Positions 33,146 to 43,070 of a DNA stretch of 64,000 bases are shown here, one piece after another (within the stretch, counting starts at the first letter, position 1; every line of letters starts with the position of its first letter). Location: positions 48,299 to 112,298 of the forward strand of contig CAVYSY010000008.1 in the NCBI GenBank assembly GCA_963771175.1, written 5' to 3'. Position numbers and translations under genes: made by a program. Under the pieces are notes generated by a model. It saw only the letters and a list, made by a program, of their open reading frames with translations, made no database searches and was not told where the DNA came from. This stretch comes from an uncultured delta proteobacterium (lineage in GTDB: Bacteria; Myxococcota; Myxococcia; Myxococcales; Myxococcaceae).

Positions 33146-33886
33146 ATGCGCACGCGTGCCCTGTTGCCCGCGCTCGCGGCCGTGCTGCTCGCCGCGGGCT
33201 GCTATCGCGAAACGAAGTTGCAGCCCCTCCCCGCGGTCCAGACCACCAAGGCCGGCTCGGCCGTGGCCGAGGCGCAGGGCGTGCGCCTGGTGGCGGACGG
33301 GGACTCCTGGCGCGGCACCCCCTCTGACCTCGAGCGCGCCGTCACCCCGGTGGAGGTTCGCTTCGAGAACCAGAGCGGCCGGACCCTGCGCATCAAGTAC
33401 GAGGACTTCGTGCTGGTGGGGGACGACTCGCACTTCAAGTACGCCGCCCTCTCTCCCTTCGAGATGCGGGACGATGGGCTCGCCATCGGTGGCTCGGGCT
33501 CCACGACGGGAAAGATCGCCCCGGCGGGGGGCGTGAGCGTGGGCGTGGGAGTGGGCTACGGGGCCTGGGGACCCTGGGGACCGGGGTGGGGCGACCCGTT
33601 CTACCGCCACTGGTACGACCCGTTCTACGGCCCCTACTATGGCCCCTACTCCTACTGGGGTGGCCCCTACTGGTACTACCCCCCCGAGCCACTGCCCACC
33701 CGGGACATGCTGCGGCGCGCGCTGCCCGAGGGCACGCTGGAGAGCGGGGGCACCATCACCGGCTTCCTCTACTTCCAGAGCGTGAGCGGGCGCGAGGGCA
33801 GCGTCACCCTCCAGGCCCGGCTGGTGGACGCGAGCACCGGAGAGCAGTTCGGCACCCTCAGCATCCCCTTCGGCGTGCGCACCTAG
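33146..33886 (+). CDS. Lipoprotein with Gly/Pro/Tyr/Trp-rich segment
   Basis: Lipobox AAGC; ...ALPEGTLESGGTITGFLYF. Confidence 0.8.
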   Translation: MRTRALLPALAAVLLAAGCYRETKLQPLPAVQTTKAGSAVAEAQGVRLVADGDSWRGTPSDLERAVTPVEVRFENQSGRTLRIKYEDFVLVGDDSHFKYAALSPFEMRDDGLAIGGSGSTTGKIAPAGGVSVGVGVGYGAWGPWGPGWGDPFYRHWYDPFYGPYYGPYSYWGGPYWYYPPEPLPTRDMLRRALPEGTLESGGTITGFLYFQSVSGREGSVTLQARLVDASTGEQFGTLSIPFGVRT

Positions 33887-34173
33887 TGCAGCAGCGTGGG
33901 GCGCTCCGCCACGGACAGCGGCGGGTGCGGCAACAGCGAGTCCTCGCCGATGAGCCCCACCTCGCGGCGGAGGGCCTCCCCCTTCACGGGCAGGCCGAAG
34001 AGCGGGCCGAGGAGGCACAGGTCGAAGGCCCCCGTGAGCAGGGGCATCAGCCCCGCCAGCGCCAGCAGCTTGCCCTTGGGCGAGCCGACGGCCAGTCCTC
34101 CCATCACCAGTCCCGCGCCGGCCAGCATGCGCGCCCAACGTCCCTTCCTCGATGCCATGAACCCCACCATCAT
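33883..34173 (-). CDS. Small membrane protein (YgaP/DUF2892-like)
   Basis: GRWARMLAG...GLMPLLTGAFDLCLLGPLFG two-TM pattern. Confidence 0.7.
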   Translation of the reverse strand: MMVGFMASRKGRWARMLAGAGLVMGGLAVGSPKGKLLALAGLMPLLTGAFDLCLLGPLFGLPVKGEALRREVGLIGEDSLLPHPPLSVAERPTLLH

Positions 34174-34365
34174 CACGCACCTCCAGGCCCGATGAAGATG
34201 GGCATGCGCGCTCCTGACACCAGCGCCCACCGGCTCGCCCGCTGTCCCCGTGCACCGGCCAACCCTGCCCACGAGCCTGGTTGCTCCCCCGGTGCCACTC
34301 CGCCCGGGCGTACCTAAGCTTGGTTTCCGGGGTCGCGGCCCCGTGGACAGAGGAGGAGCGGGTTC

Positions 34366-34623
34366 ATGGTGGACCGTTCGCAGCTGCACGAGGGGATGGT
34401 GGTGTGGACGCACCGGGGTGAGAAGCTCGGCCATGTCATCGAGGTGACGGACGAGGAGTTCATCGTCGAAAAGGGCCTCCTCGTCTGGCGCAAGGGCTAC
34501 GCCGTCCGGCTGGACGACGTGCGGGAAATCCTCGCGGACGAGGTGTACCTCAACCACGGCCCGGACAGCCTCATCTCCGCGCCGAGGGAGATCGACCGCT
34601 CGACGCGCCGCACCCTCCACTGA
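34366..34623 (+). CDS. Small PRC-barrel/DUF2171-like protein
   Basis: GGAGG RBS; EGMVVW...GEKLGHV....FIVEKG. Confidence 0.7.
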   Translation: MVDRSQLHEGMVVWTHRGEKLGHVIEVTDEEFIVEKGLLVWRKGYAVRLDDVREILADEVYLNHGPDSLISAPREIDRSTRRTLH

Positions 34624-34627
34624 GCCC

Positions 34628-35590
34628 TCAGGCGCGGAAGTCCACCCGCTGCACGGAGTCATCCGCGCGCGCCCCCTGGTAGACGTGCCAGGCGGCGACC
34701 AGGTCCTGGAAGGGCAGCCCCACCGCGCCGAAGAGGGTGACCTGCCCGGCATCGGTGCGCCCCTGCTTCGTGCCGGCGAGCACCTCGCCCAGCTCGGCGT
34801 GGATGACCTCCTCGCCCAGCCCCACGCCGGCCGGCGCGCCCATGGCGAGCGCGAGGGCCCGGTTGTCGCAGAAGAAGGTGGACTGGCGCAGCAGCCCGGC
34901 GGAGACCTCGGCCAGGCCCGGCTCGTCCGCGCCCAGGGCGGTGACGTGCGTGCCCCCGCGCAGCATCCCCGGGAAGAGGAAGGGCTCGCGCGCCGGGGTG
35001 GCGGTGATGACGATGTCCGCGTCCTCCACCGCCTCCTCCACCGACTCGGCCGGCCGCACCGGCAGGTTGAGCGCGTGGTACATGCGGGTGGCGAACTCCA
35101 CCGACTTCGCCAGGTCCGCGTCGTAGATGCGCACGTGGTCGAGGCTGCGCACCAGCCGCAGGCTCTTGAGCTGCATCGAGGCCTGGGGCCCCGCGCCGAG
35201 CAGGGCCACCCGGGAGGCGTCCTGCCGGGCGAGCACGTCCGCGGCCAGCGCCCCCACCACCCCGTTGCGCACCGCCGTGAGGTGCCCCGAGTCCATCACC
35301 GCGAGCAGCGCCCCCGTCTCCAGGTCATGGAGCTGCACCACGCCCTGGATGGCCGGGGAGCGGCCGGGGAACTTCGCGTGCACCTTCACGGTGTAGGCGG
35401 GGATGCCGGGCAGGGTGCCGGGGAAGACCACCAGCGCGGAGCCCTCGGCGTGCAGCGGGGCCCGGGCGCGCTGGGGCTCCACCGAGCGGGCCCCGGCGTC
35501 CGCGCGGAAGGCCTCGCGCATCTCGGAGAGGAGGGTGAGGGCCTCCAGGTGGCGGACGACATCGGTGCGGGTCAGCAGGAGCGTGCTCAT
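34628..35590 (-). CDS. Ornithine cyclodeaminase/mu-crystallin family protein
   Basis: LTAVRNG, LLGAGPQA, ADIVITAT, GTHVTALGAD, GLPFQDL. Confidence 0.92.
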   Translation of the reverse strand: MSTLLLTRTDVVRHLEALTLLSEMREAFRADAGARSVEPQRARAPLHAEGSALVVFPGTLPGIPAYTVKVHAKFPGRSPAIQGVVQLHDLETGALLAVMDSGHLTAVRNGVVGALAADVLARQDASRVALLGAGPQASMQLKSLRLVRSLDHVRIYDADLAKSVEFATRMYHALNLPVRPAESVEEAVEDADIVITATPAREPFLFPGMLRGGTHVTALGADEPGLAEVSAGLLRQSTFFCDNRALALAMGAPAGVGLGEEVIHAELGEVLAGTKQGRTDAGQVTLFGAVGLPFQDLVAAWHVYQGARADDSVQRVDFRA

Positions 35591-35833
35591 CTTTCCCACA
35601 ACCTAACCCTTCCCCTCCCCAGGGGTGGGGTTTCACGCGAGCAGGAGCGCGGAAGCCGTCCGGGCGGGTGGGACGGACGAGGCATGGGGCGCCGGGCGGC
35701 CCTGCTGCCGGGCGAGGGGAATCCCAGGCCCTCCCCGGGCTCCTCCCGCGAGTTTGCTGGTACGAGGCCGTGACACGCCCCCATGAGCACCCTCAGGGCT
35801 GGCCGGTGGGGGGCAGCCTTCGGGAGCGCATGC

Positions 35834-37916
35834 ATGCGAAACCAGGAACCACCTCGCCCCCCCCAGGGGGTCGACCCGAAGGCGGGAGGGCGGCAGCGAC
35901 TGGCGAACTTCCTCCGCCAGTACCGGGAGGACATCCTCTCGGACTGGGAGCACGCCCTGCACCCGCGCCACCCGGAGCAGCCCCCGAGCGGCGCGCTGCT
36001 GCGCGACCACATCCCCGACTTCCTGGAGCGGCTGGCGGACGCAGCGGAGCACCCCCGGGAAGGAGCCGCCGCCCTGGTGTCCCAGGCCGTCACCGACGAG
36101 CACGCCCTGGAGCGGCTGGAGCAGGGGTACGAGCCGGGAGAGGTGGCCCTGGAGTACGGCCTGCTGCGCCACAGCATCCTCCAGTGCCTGCGGCGCGAGG
36201 ACTACGCACCGAGCTTCGCCGAGCTGGAGCTGCTCGACGAGGCCATCGACCAGGGCGTGATGCGCGCAGTGAGCAGCTACGCGAAGGTGCGTGAGCGGAT
36301 GCTGAAGACGCTGGAGCGCGTGTCCCGGGCGGCGCTGGAGAGCGAGGACGTGGACACCTTCCTGCCCAGACTGCTCCAGGCGCTGATGGAGGCGGCGGTG
36401 GCGGTGGACGGGACCTCCATCATGCTGCGGGAGGGGGACCGGCTGCGGGTGCGCGCGGCCGTGGGGCTCGGCGCGGAGAAGGCACTGACGGACGACTACT
36501 CCATCCCCATCGGCAAGGGCATCTCCGGCACGGTCGCCGCCGACCGCCGCACCATCACCTCGCGCTCGGCGGCCACGGACTCGCGGCTGGAATACGACCT
36601 CATCCGCAGGCTCGGCATCCGCGCCAGCTACAGCGTCCCGCTGGTGCACCGGGACAAGCTGGTGGGCGTGGCACACATGAGCTCGCGGACCGTCTTCGAC
36701 TTCAGCGAGTCGGACAAGCTGCTCTTCCGCACCCTGGTCACCCGCGCCACCAGCTTCATCGTGCAGGCGGAGCTGGCCCAGCGCGAGCGGCAGGCACGGG
36801 CCGAGGCCCAGCGCACACTGGCCCTGCTCGACACGCTGCTGGAGGCCTCCCCAGTGGGCATCGGATTCCTGGACCAGGAGCTGCGCTACCTGCGCGCCAA
36901 CGAGACGCTGGCGAAACTCACCGGCCACCCAGTGGCCTTCCTCCTGGGAAAGGCGTTCCGCGAGGTGGTGCCCGCGTGGGTCGCCGACAGCTTCGAGCCC
37001 CTCTACCGCCGCGTGCTGGAGACGGGAGAGCCGGTGTCCAACCACGAGTTCATCGGCCGCGCCCCCGACGACACCGGCCCCGAGCGCCACTGGCTGGGCA
37101 ACTACTACCCGGTGCGCTCCGAGAGCGGCGAGGTGATGGGGCTGGGGTGCGTGGTGGTGGAAATCACCCAGCAGAAGGAGGTGGAGGCCGAGCTGCGCCG
37201 CTCCGGCGAGCTGCGCGAGCAGCTCATGGGGGTGCTGGGGCATGACCTGCGCAACCCCCTCAACGCCATCAGCGCCTCGGCCTTCCTGCTGCAGAGGACC
37301 GAGGACCTGAGCGACGGGGTCCCAGCGCGCGGTGGAGCGCATCCGCAACAGCGCGGCGAGGATGGCGCGGATGCTCAGCGACATCCTGGACTTCGCGCGC
37401 AGCAGCATGGGCGGCGGGCTGCCGGTGCACCGCGAGCGGGTGAACCTGCACGACATCAGCCGCACGGCGCTGGAGGAGCTCCAGGTGACCAACCCGGGCC
37501 GGCGGCTGGAGCTGGACGTGCGGGGGGACGGCTGGGGCTGGTGGGACGCGGACCGGATGGCCCAGGTGATGGGCAACCTGGTGAGCAATGCGCTGCAACA
37601 CGGACGCCCGGACACGCCGGTACGCGTGGAGGTGCGCGACGCCGGCCCCGAGGTGCTCCTCTCCGTCCACAACGAGGGCGCGCCCATCCCTCCCGAGCTG
37701 CGGCCCGTGCTCTTCCAGCCGTTCCGGCGAGGCACCACGGGCAAGGCCGCCACCCGCAGCGTGGGGCTGGGGCTCTACATCGTCCGGCAGGTGGCGCACG
37801 CGCACGGAGGCGAGGTGACGGTCCACTCCACCGAGAGCGACGGCACCACCTTCACGGTGCGCCTGCCGCGCGGCGCCCCCGAGCCCGGGAAGCTCCCGAC
37901 CGAAGCGCCCGGGTGA
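35834..37916 (+). CDS. Sensor histidine kinase (RsbRD-N-like, GAF, PAS, HisKA, HATPase; indel near 37320)
   Basis: HALERLEQGY..EVALEY, GAF, PAS, GHDLRNPL, NLVSNALQHG, GLGLYIV. Confidence 0.9.
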
Positions 37917-37978
37917 CGCCCACGTCCGCACCAGGGCCTCCCGCCTGTCCCCGGCGGTGTGTTAACGCTCCGGCGCCC

Positions 37979-39586
37979 ATGGGAATCGCGTCCGCCCTGC
38001 TCTCCCGTCGCGCCCTGCTCGTCCTCGCCGGATGGGCGGTGGCCCTGCTCCTCGCGCACCACCCGGTCCTCCTCTCCGGGATGCGACTCGTCCAGGGTGA
38101 CGAGGGAGACGTGCGCTTCGTCCACTACGTCCTGGAGCACGGGTGGCGGCACGTCTCCGGCGAGCCCGCGCACGCGAGCTTCTGGGACCCACCCATGTTC
38201 CACCCGGAGCCCAACACCGCCGCGTACTCGGAGGTGATGCTCGGGGTGGCGCCCTTCTATTGGGTCTGGCGTGTGCTCGGGCTCGAGGCGGACCTCGCCT
38301 TGCAGGCCTGGGTGCTGACCCTGGCGTCGCTGAACTTCCTGGCGGCGGTGTGGCTGCTCACGCGCGGGCTCGGCCTGCGACTCGGCCCGGCGGTGGTGGG
38401 GGCCATCCTCTTCACCGCGGGGGCGCCTCGCCTCAACCACGCCAACCACCCTCAGTTGGAGGGACAGTTCTTCGTCCTGCTCGCCATCGGAGCGGTGCTC
38501 ATGCTGCTGCGCCCCGAGACGGACCGGCGGAGGGGTGTGGCCTGGGCGGGCCTGCTCGTGGGCGCGAGCGTGGCCCAGCTCTACGGGGGCTTCTACTGGG
38601 GCTGGTTCCTCTTCTTCTTCCTGCTGGTGGCCGGCGTGGCGGCGCTCGCCTCCCGGGCGCTGCGACCCCGGTTGCTCGCCGCGCTGCGCACGCACGGGCC
38701 GGCGCTCGTGCTCTTCGGCGTGGTGGGCCTGGCGGTGCTCGCGCCTCTCGTCCTCCACTCGCGGCAGGCCATCCAGAGCGTGGGGCTGCGCAGCTTCTCC
38801 GAGGCCGAGGGCATGGTGCCGCGCTTCTGGAGCTGGTTCTACCTCGGCCGACGAGCTGGCTGTACGGATGGACGAACCCGTTCCGCCACTTCCAGCGGCT
38901 CCCCGTCCCCTGGGAGCACCAGCTCGGGGTGGGGCTCGTCACCACGGTGGTGGCGGGGCTGGGGCTGTGGCACGCGCGCCAGCAGGCCCGCGATGCGACT
39001 GATGCTGGTGGTGACAGTCGTTACCGTGCTGCTCTCGGCGCGCTACACCGGTGGCCACACGCCCTGGCTCCTCGTCTTCAAGGGCGTGCCCGGCGCGGCG
39101 GCCATCCGCGCGGTGGCTCGCGTGGGCGTGTGGCTCCTCCTGCCCGCCGCGGTGGGCCTGGCCCTCTTCCTCCAGCGGCAGCTCACCGCGCGACGCACGG
39201 CGCTGGCGGTGGGGCTCGGCGCGCTCTGTCTGCTGGAGCAGGGCCTGAGCGGCCCCACCTTCGACCGGCTCGAGGCGCGAGCGGACGTGAGCGCCATCGT
39301 GGAGCGGCTCCGCCCCGACTGCGGCAGCTTCTTCTACGCCCCCACCGCGGGAGAGTTCCCCGACTTCAAGTACCAGCTCGACGCCACCCTGGCCGCGATG
39401 GAGGCCGGGGTGCCCACGGTGAACGGGTACTCGGGGAACGCCCCCCGGGGCTGGACACTGAACGACAATCGCCGCTTCGACGCGGCGGCCGCCGCTCGCC
39501 TGGATACCGGGCTGGAGTCCTGGGCGCGCTCGCGAGGGCTGCCCCTGGAGAGCATCTGCCGCATCGAGGTGCCAGCGCGGCGGTAG
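37979..39586 (+). CDS. Multi-pass membrane protein, GT-C/YfhO-like (compensating indels near 38850-38985)
   Basis: Many TM segments; FWDPPMFHPEPNTAAYSE; PTVNGYSG motif. Confidence 0.75.
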   Translation: MGIASALLSRRALLVLAGWAVALLLAHHPVLLSGMRLVQGDEGDVRFVHYVLEHGWRHVSGEPAHASFWDPPMFHPEPNTAAYSEVMLGVAPFYWVWRVLGLEADLALQAWVLTLASLNFLAAVWLLTRGLGLRLGPAVVGAILFTAGAPRLNHANHPQLEGQFFVLLAIGAVLMLLRPETDRRRGVAWAGLLVGASVAQLYGGFYWGWFLFFFLLVAGVAALASRALRPRLLAALRTHGPALVLFGVVGLAVLAPLVLHSRQAIQSVGLRSFSEAEGMVPRFWSWFYLGRRAGCTDGRTRSATSSGSPSPGSTSSGWGSSPRWWRGWGCGTRASRPAMRLMLVVTVVTVLLSARYTGGHTPWLLVFKGVPGAAAIRAVARVGVWLLLPAAVGLALFLQRQLTARRTALAVGLGALCLLEQGLSGPTFDRLEARADVSAIVERLRPDCGSFFYAPTAGEFPDFKYQLDATLAAMEAGVPTVNGYSGNAPRGWTLNDNRRFDAAAAARLDTGLESWARSRGLPLESICRIEVPARR

Positions 39587-39589
39587 GAC

Positions 39590-39990
39590 TCAGCGCCCGT
39601 TGCGGCGGTTGCGCACGGGCCCGGCACCGGCTGAAAGTGGCCGCCAGAGGGGCCGTCCTCGTCCCGCACGCCCGCGCGCGCGAGGTGCTTGGACAGCCGC
39701 CCGACGAGCATCAGGCCCGCCATGCGGAAGTCGGAGAAGAGGGACCAGAGCGGGTACTTGAAGGTCGCCGGCCGGTTCTTCTCGAGCAGGAAGTGGCTCA
39801 CCCAGGCGAAGCCGTAGCCAGACACCACGGCGGCGGGGACGAGCGACGCATCGCCCTTCAGCGCGGCGGTGACTCCCAGACCCACCGCGATCGAGGTGCC
39901 CACGAAGTGCAACCAGCGTGTGACCGGCAGAGCATGCTCACGGAGGTAGTACGGCCAGAACTCGGAGTAGGTCTGGATGCGCTCGGACAT
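39590..39990 (-). CDS. DUF962/Mpo1-like membrane protein (3' end approximate)
   Basis: FWPYYLREH...RWLHFVG...GYGFAWVSHF..EKNRPATFKYPLWS. Confidence 0.85.
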
Positions 39991-40098
39991 GGGGAGATTG
40001 TGCGACTGGAGCCTCCCCCTCCGTCAACCACCCGTCACACCTCTTTGGCGACCCGGTGGCATTCGTCCTAGGGTTGTGCGTCTCCAGGAGGACGGACC

Positions 40099-41137
40099 GT
40101 GAACGACTGGACGCCCAAGCCCAACCCCTCCGCCCGGCTGGAAAGACTTCCCCTGACGCCGGAGGAGGGCTTCGTCCTCTCGCGGCTGGACGGAGCCACG
40201 GCCGTGCGGCACCTGCACCGCCCTCACCGGGTTCCCCACCGAGCGCATTCAGGCCATCCTGGCGCGCCTCGTCTCGCAGGGCGCCGTGCTGCCCGGCCCC
40301 ACCGCCGCACCCGCGCCACGGCCGCCCTCCACCGGGACCCGGGCCGACGCTCCCGCTGACGAGCCCCCGGTCGGGGACGAAGAGCCCCAGGCCCCCGAGG
40401 AGGACGAGGCACCCGAGGACGCCACGGTGGAGGCCGCCGCGGGCAACTGGCGTCAGGTTTTCGAGCGGCAGCTCCACCCGCTCCCCGAGGACGAGCGCGC
40501 CAGCCGGGCCCGCGCCGCCGAGGAGCCGGAGCTGTCCGCCTTCTGCTTCGACCCGGTGCCGGCGGTCATCAAGTCCGTGCTGGAGAACACGCGGGTGGGA
40601 CTGGGGCACGCGAGGCTCATCGCGCGCCACCACCACAACCCGGTGGGGCTGGAGGCCCTCTGCGGGCGAGCGGCCTTCACGCAGGACTCCGGGGTGCGCC
40701 GCTGGCTGGTGCGCAATCCGCAACTCCCCTCGGGACTCTTCCGCCGCCTGTGGTCGGGGCGCCGCCTGCTGGAGCAGTACAAGGTGGCGATGGACCGGGA
40801 CGTGCCCGAGGGCACCCGCCGCACCGCGCGCGAGGTGATGCGCACCCGCTTCAACACCGCGCCCGCCGAGGAGCGAGTGGAGCTCATCCTCAACACCGAG
40901 GGCCGGGTGCTGGCCTCGCTGGTGGGGCTGGCGGTGGACGGCAAGACGGCGGCGCTGCTGTGCGGGCGCACCTTCCGCTCGCCGATGCTCATCCAGAACA
41001 TCGCGCGCTGGAGCGCGGCGCCGCCGGCCCTCATCGCCCACCTGCTCAAGCAGGAGGCCGTCCGGAGGCAGCCGCAACTGCGCCTGCTGCTCCAGCGCCA
41101 CCCCAACGCGCCCGCGGACACGCGCCGCGGCGGATGA
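40099..41137 (+). CDS. Hypothetical helical-repeat protein (indel near 40225)
   Basis: N-terminal LPLTPEEGFVLSRLDG joins ORF 40286-41137 (FDPVPAVI..VLEN...LVRNPQLP...HPNAP). Confidence 0.75.
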
Positions 41138-41202
41138 GTCAGCGCGCATCCCCGTGCGGTGCCCCCGTGTTACCGTGAGGCCTTCGAGCGAAGGGGGGCT
41201 CC

Positions 41203-41454
41203 ATGGCGAAGCGGTGCTTGCTGGTGCTGCTGCTCACCGTGCAGGTGGGCTGCCCCCATGCCTGGGGCAGGGAGGGCACGATCGATCAGGCCCTGAAGCG
41301 CGATCTGCTCGAGTACTCCTCGATGAGGGACTGCGCGCTCGACGAGGAAGAGTGGGCCGACGTCTGTGAGGCTTTCCACGAGAGAAAGAACAATCCCGTG
41401 GCGCAGCGACTCTGCCCCCCTGAGTGTCGCCCCTCTCCTCCTGACGTGCCGTGA
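41203..41454 (+). CDS. Small Cys-containing lipoprotein
   Basis: Lipobox QVGC; 83 aa. Confidence 0.6.
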   Translation: MAKRCLLVLLLTVQVGCPHAWGREGTIDQALKRDLLEYSSMRDCALDEEEWADVCEAFHERKNNPVAQRLCPPECRPSPPDVP

Positions 41455-41468
41455 GTCCGGAGAGTTCC

Positions 41469-42390
41469 ATGAGATGGCGTACGCTCCTGGCCGCCACACT
41501 CGGCCTACTCCTGACACTGCCACTGACGTGGCTGTTCTACGTCGCCACATCCGCTCCGGGTGCGAACAAGCCGCGCGACCAGGACAAGACTCCCGTCCCC
41601 ATGCTCTCTCCAGAGGAGCGACGGAGCCTGCTCACCTACGGGCATGACTGCCAGACAGATAACGACTGCGAGTCGCCCCTCCGGTGCTTCTTCAGCACCC
41701 ACACGATGAGCCGCTATTGCTCGGACAGCCGCTGCATGACGGACATGCAGTGCCGTGAGGGATTCGTCTGCCGCACCCAAACCACCACCTCGAACCAGGA
41801 TCCCATCCGCGTCTGCTCGCTGGTGGGTATGCGCAAGGAAGGCGAGGCGTGTACGGCGCACGCGTCCACGCTGGATTACGCCTGCGAGCAAGGCCTGCTC
41901 TGCAACAGCCGGTGTGGCCGCCCATGCGAACTGGGGGACCCCACCTCATGTCCCGAGGGCTTCTTTTGCCATGAGGGCTCGGATGATGGCCCCTCCTGCC
42001 TGCCCACCTGCGAGGGCCGCACCTGCGCGGACGGCCAGCGGTGCGTCGCCTTGGACAGACCCGCCCTCGAGGACAGGCACGCCTCCATCTGCGCCACGGT
42101 GTATGGCCAGGACTGCAAGCAGAACCCCTGCCCCCAGGGCCAGCGCTGCCGCATCTATGCCTACCCACGACCCGCGGATGCCGTGTGGATGGAGTGCCTC
42201 GCATACTGCGGCGAGGACAGCACCTCCCTGTCCCGAGGGCACCGTCTGCCACATGTACCAGTGCCACAAGGCCTGTGCGCCCGAGGACCCCTCGTCCTGC
42301 GAGCCGGGCTTCGTCTGTCATCGGAAGACATCCAAGGAGCCCTGGCGGTGTGTGCCGGCTCCCCGTGCCTCTAGCGAGCCCTCGCCGTAG
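41469..42390 (+). CDS. Membrane-anchored cysteine-rich repeat protein (indel near 42225)
   Basis: N-terminal TM helix, then many C-x-x-D-x-x-C and CPxGxxC units. Confidence 0.75.
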
Positions 42391-42393
42391 GCC

Positions 42394-42828
42394 CTACTCG
42401 AAGATGCGGCCCTCGAGCGCCTCGATGGCGGCGCGGATCTCCGCGGGCACGGGCACCTTCTCGTAGCTGGGGTAGCGAATCGTCACGAGGACGGCGCCCC
42501 CGCGCGCGTAGCGCACGCCGCTCTGCGCATCCTCCACCGCGTACTCCATGGTGAGGCTGGAATTGCCGATGCGCGTGACGCGCGCGCCCACCACCAGCTC
42601 CGCCGGGAAGACGACGGCGCGCAGGAAGTCCGCGTTCGTCGCGGCGACGATGGGCCCCACTCCGCCCTCGGGCTTCTGCATCTCGGTGCTCACCAGCCCC
42701 ACGCGGGCCATGTAGGCGATGCGGGCCGCCTCGAACCAGGTGAAGTAGCGCGCGTTGTTCACGTGGCCGTACGCGTCCATCTCGCCCCAGTGGACGGGGA
42801 AGCGCACGGTGATGGGGAAGTCGTTCAT
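42394..42828 (-). CDS. Acyl-CoA thioesterase (4HBT/hotdog fold)
   Basis: WGEMDAYGHVNNARYFTWFEAARI. Confidence 0.92.
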   Translation of the reverse strand: MNDFPITVRFPVHWGEMDAYGHVNNARYFTWFEAARIAYMARVGLVSTEMQKPEGGVGPIVAATNADFLRAVVFPAELVVGARVTRIGNSSLTMEYAVEDAQSGVRYARGGAVLVTIRYPSYEKVPVPAEIRAAIEALEGRIFE

Positions 42829-43070
42829 GGCCCTGTCATGCACCACGACGGCCATTCCGAGGCAATCGGAATCGCCCCTCCGGGCGACCCGGAGATGCCG
42901 GAGGAGAAACCCGCTCAGCCCGGCCTCGGCTGCTCGCATGCACCTGAACCGGGAGCGGGAGCGCTCGCCTATCTACTCGCCCTCGGATTCCTCGTCCGGC
43001 GGGGGACGCGACGGGTTCCTTCGCGGTCGGGGAGTTGACCGGAGGGCGGGGCTGGGGGACCGTTCACTAA

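Noticed and set aside
35783..39586. 1267-aa ORF fusing a histidine kinase to a membrane protein
   Set aside because: Indel near 37320; the kinase HATPase domain ends at 37916 in another frame and the membrane gene starts at 37979.
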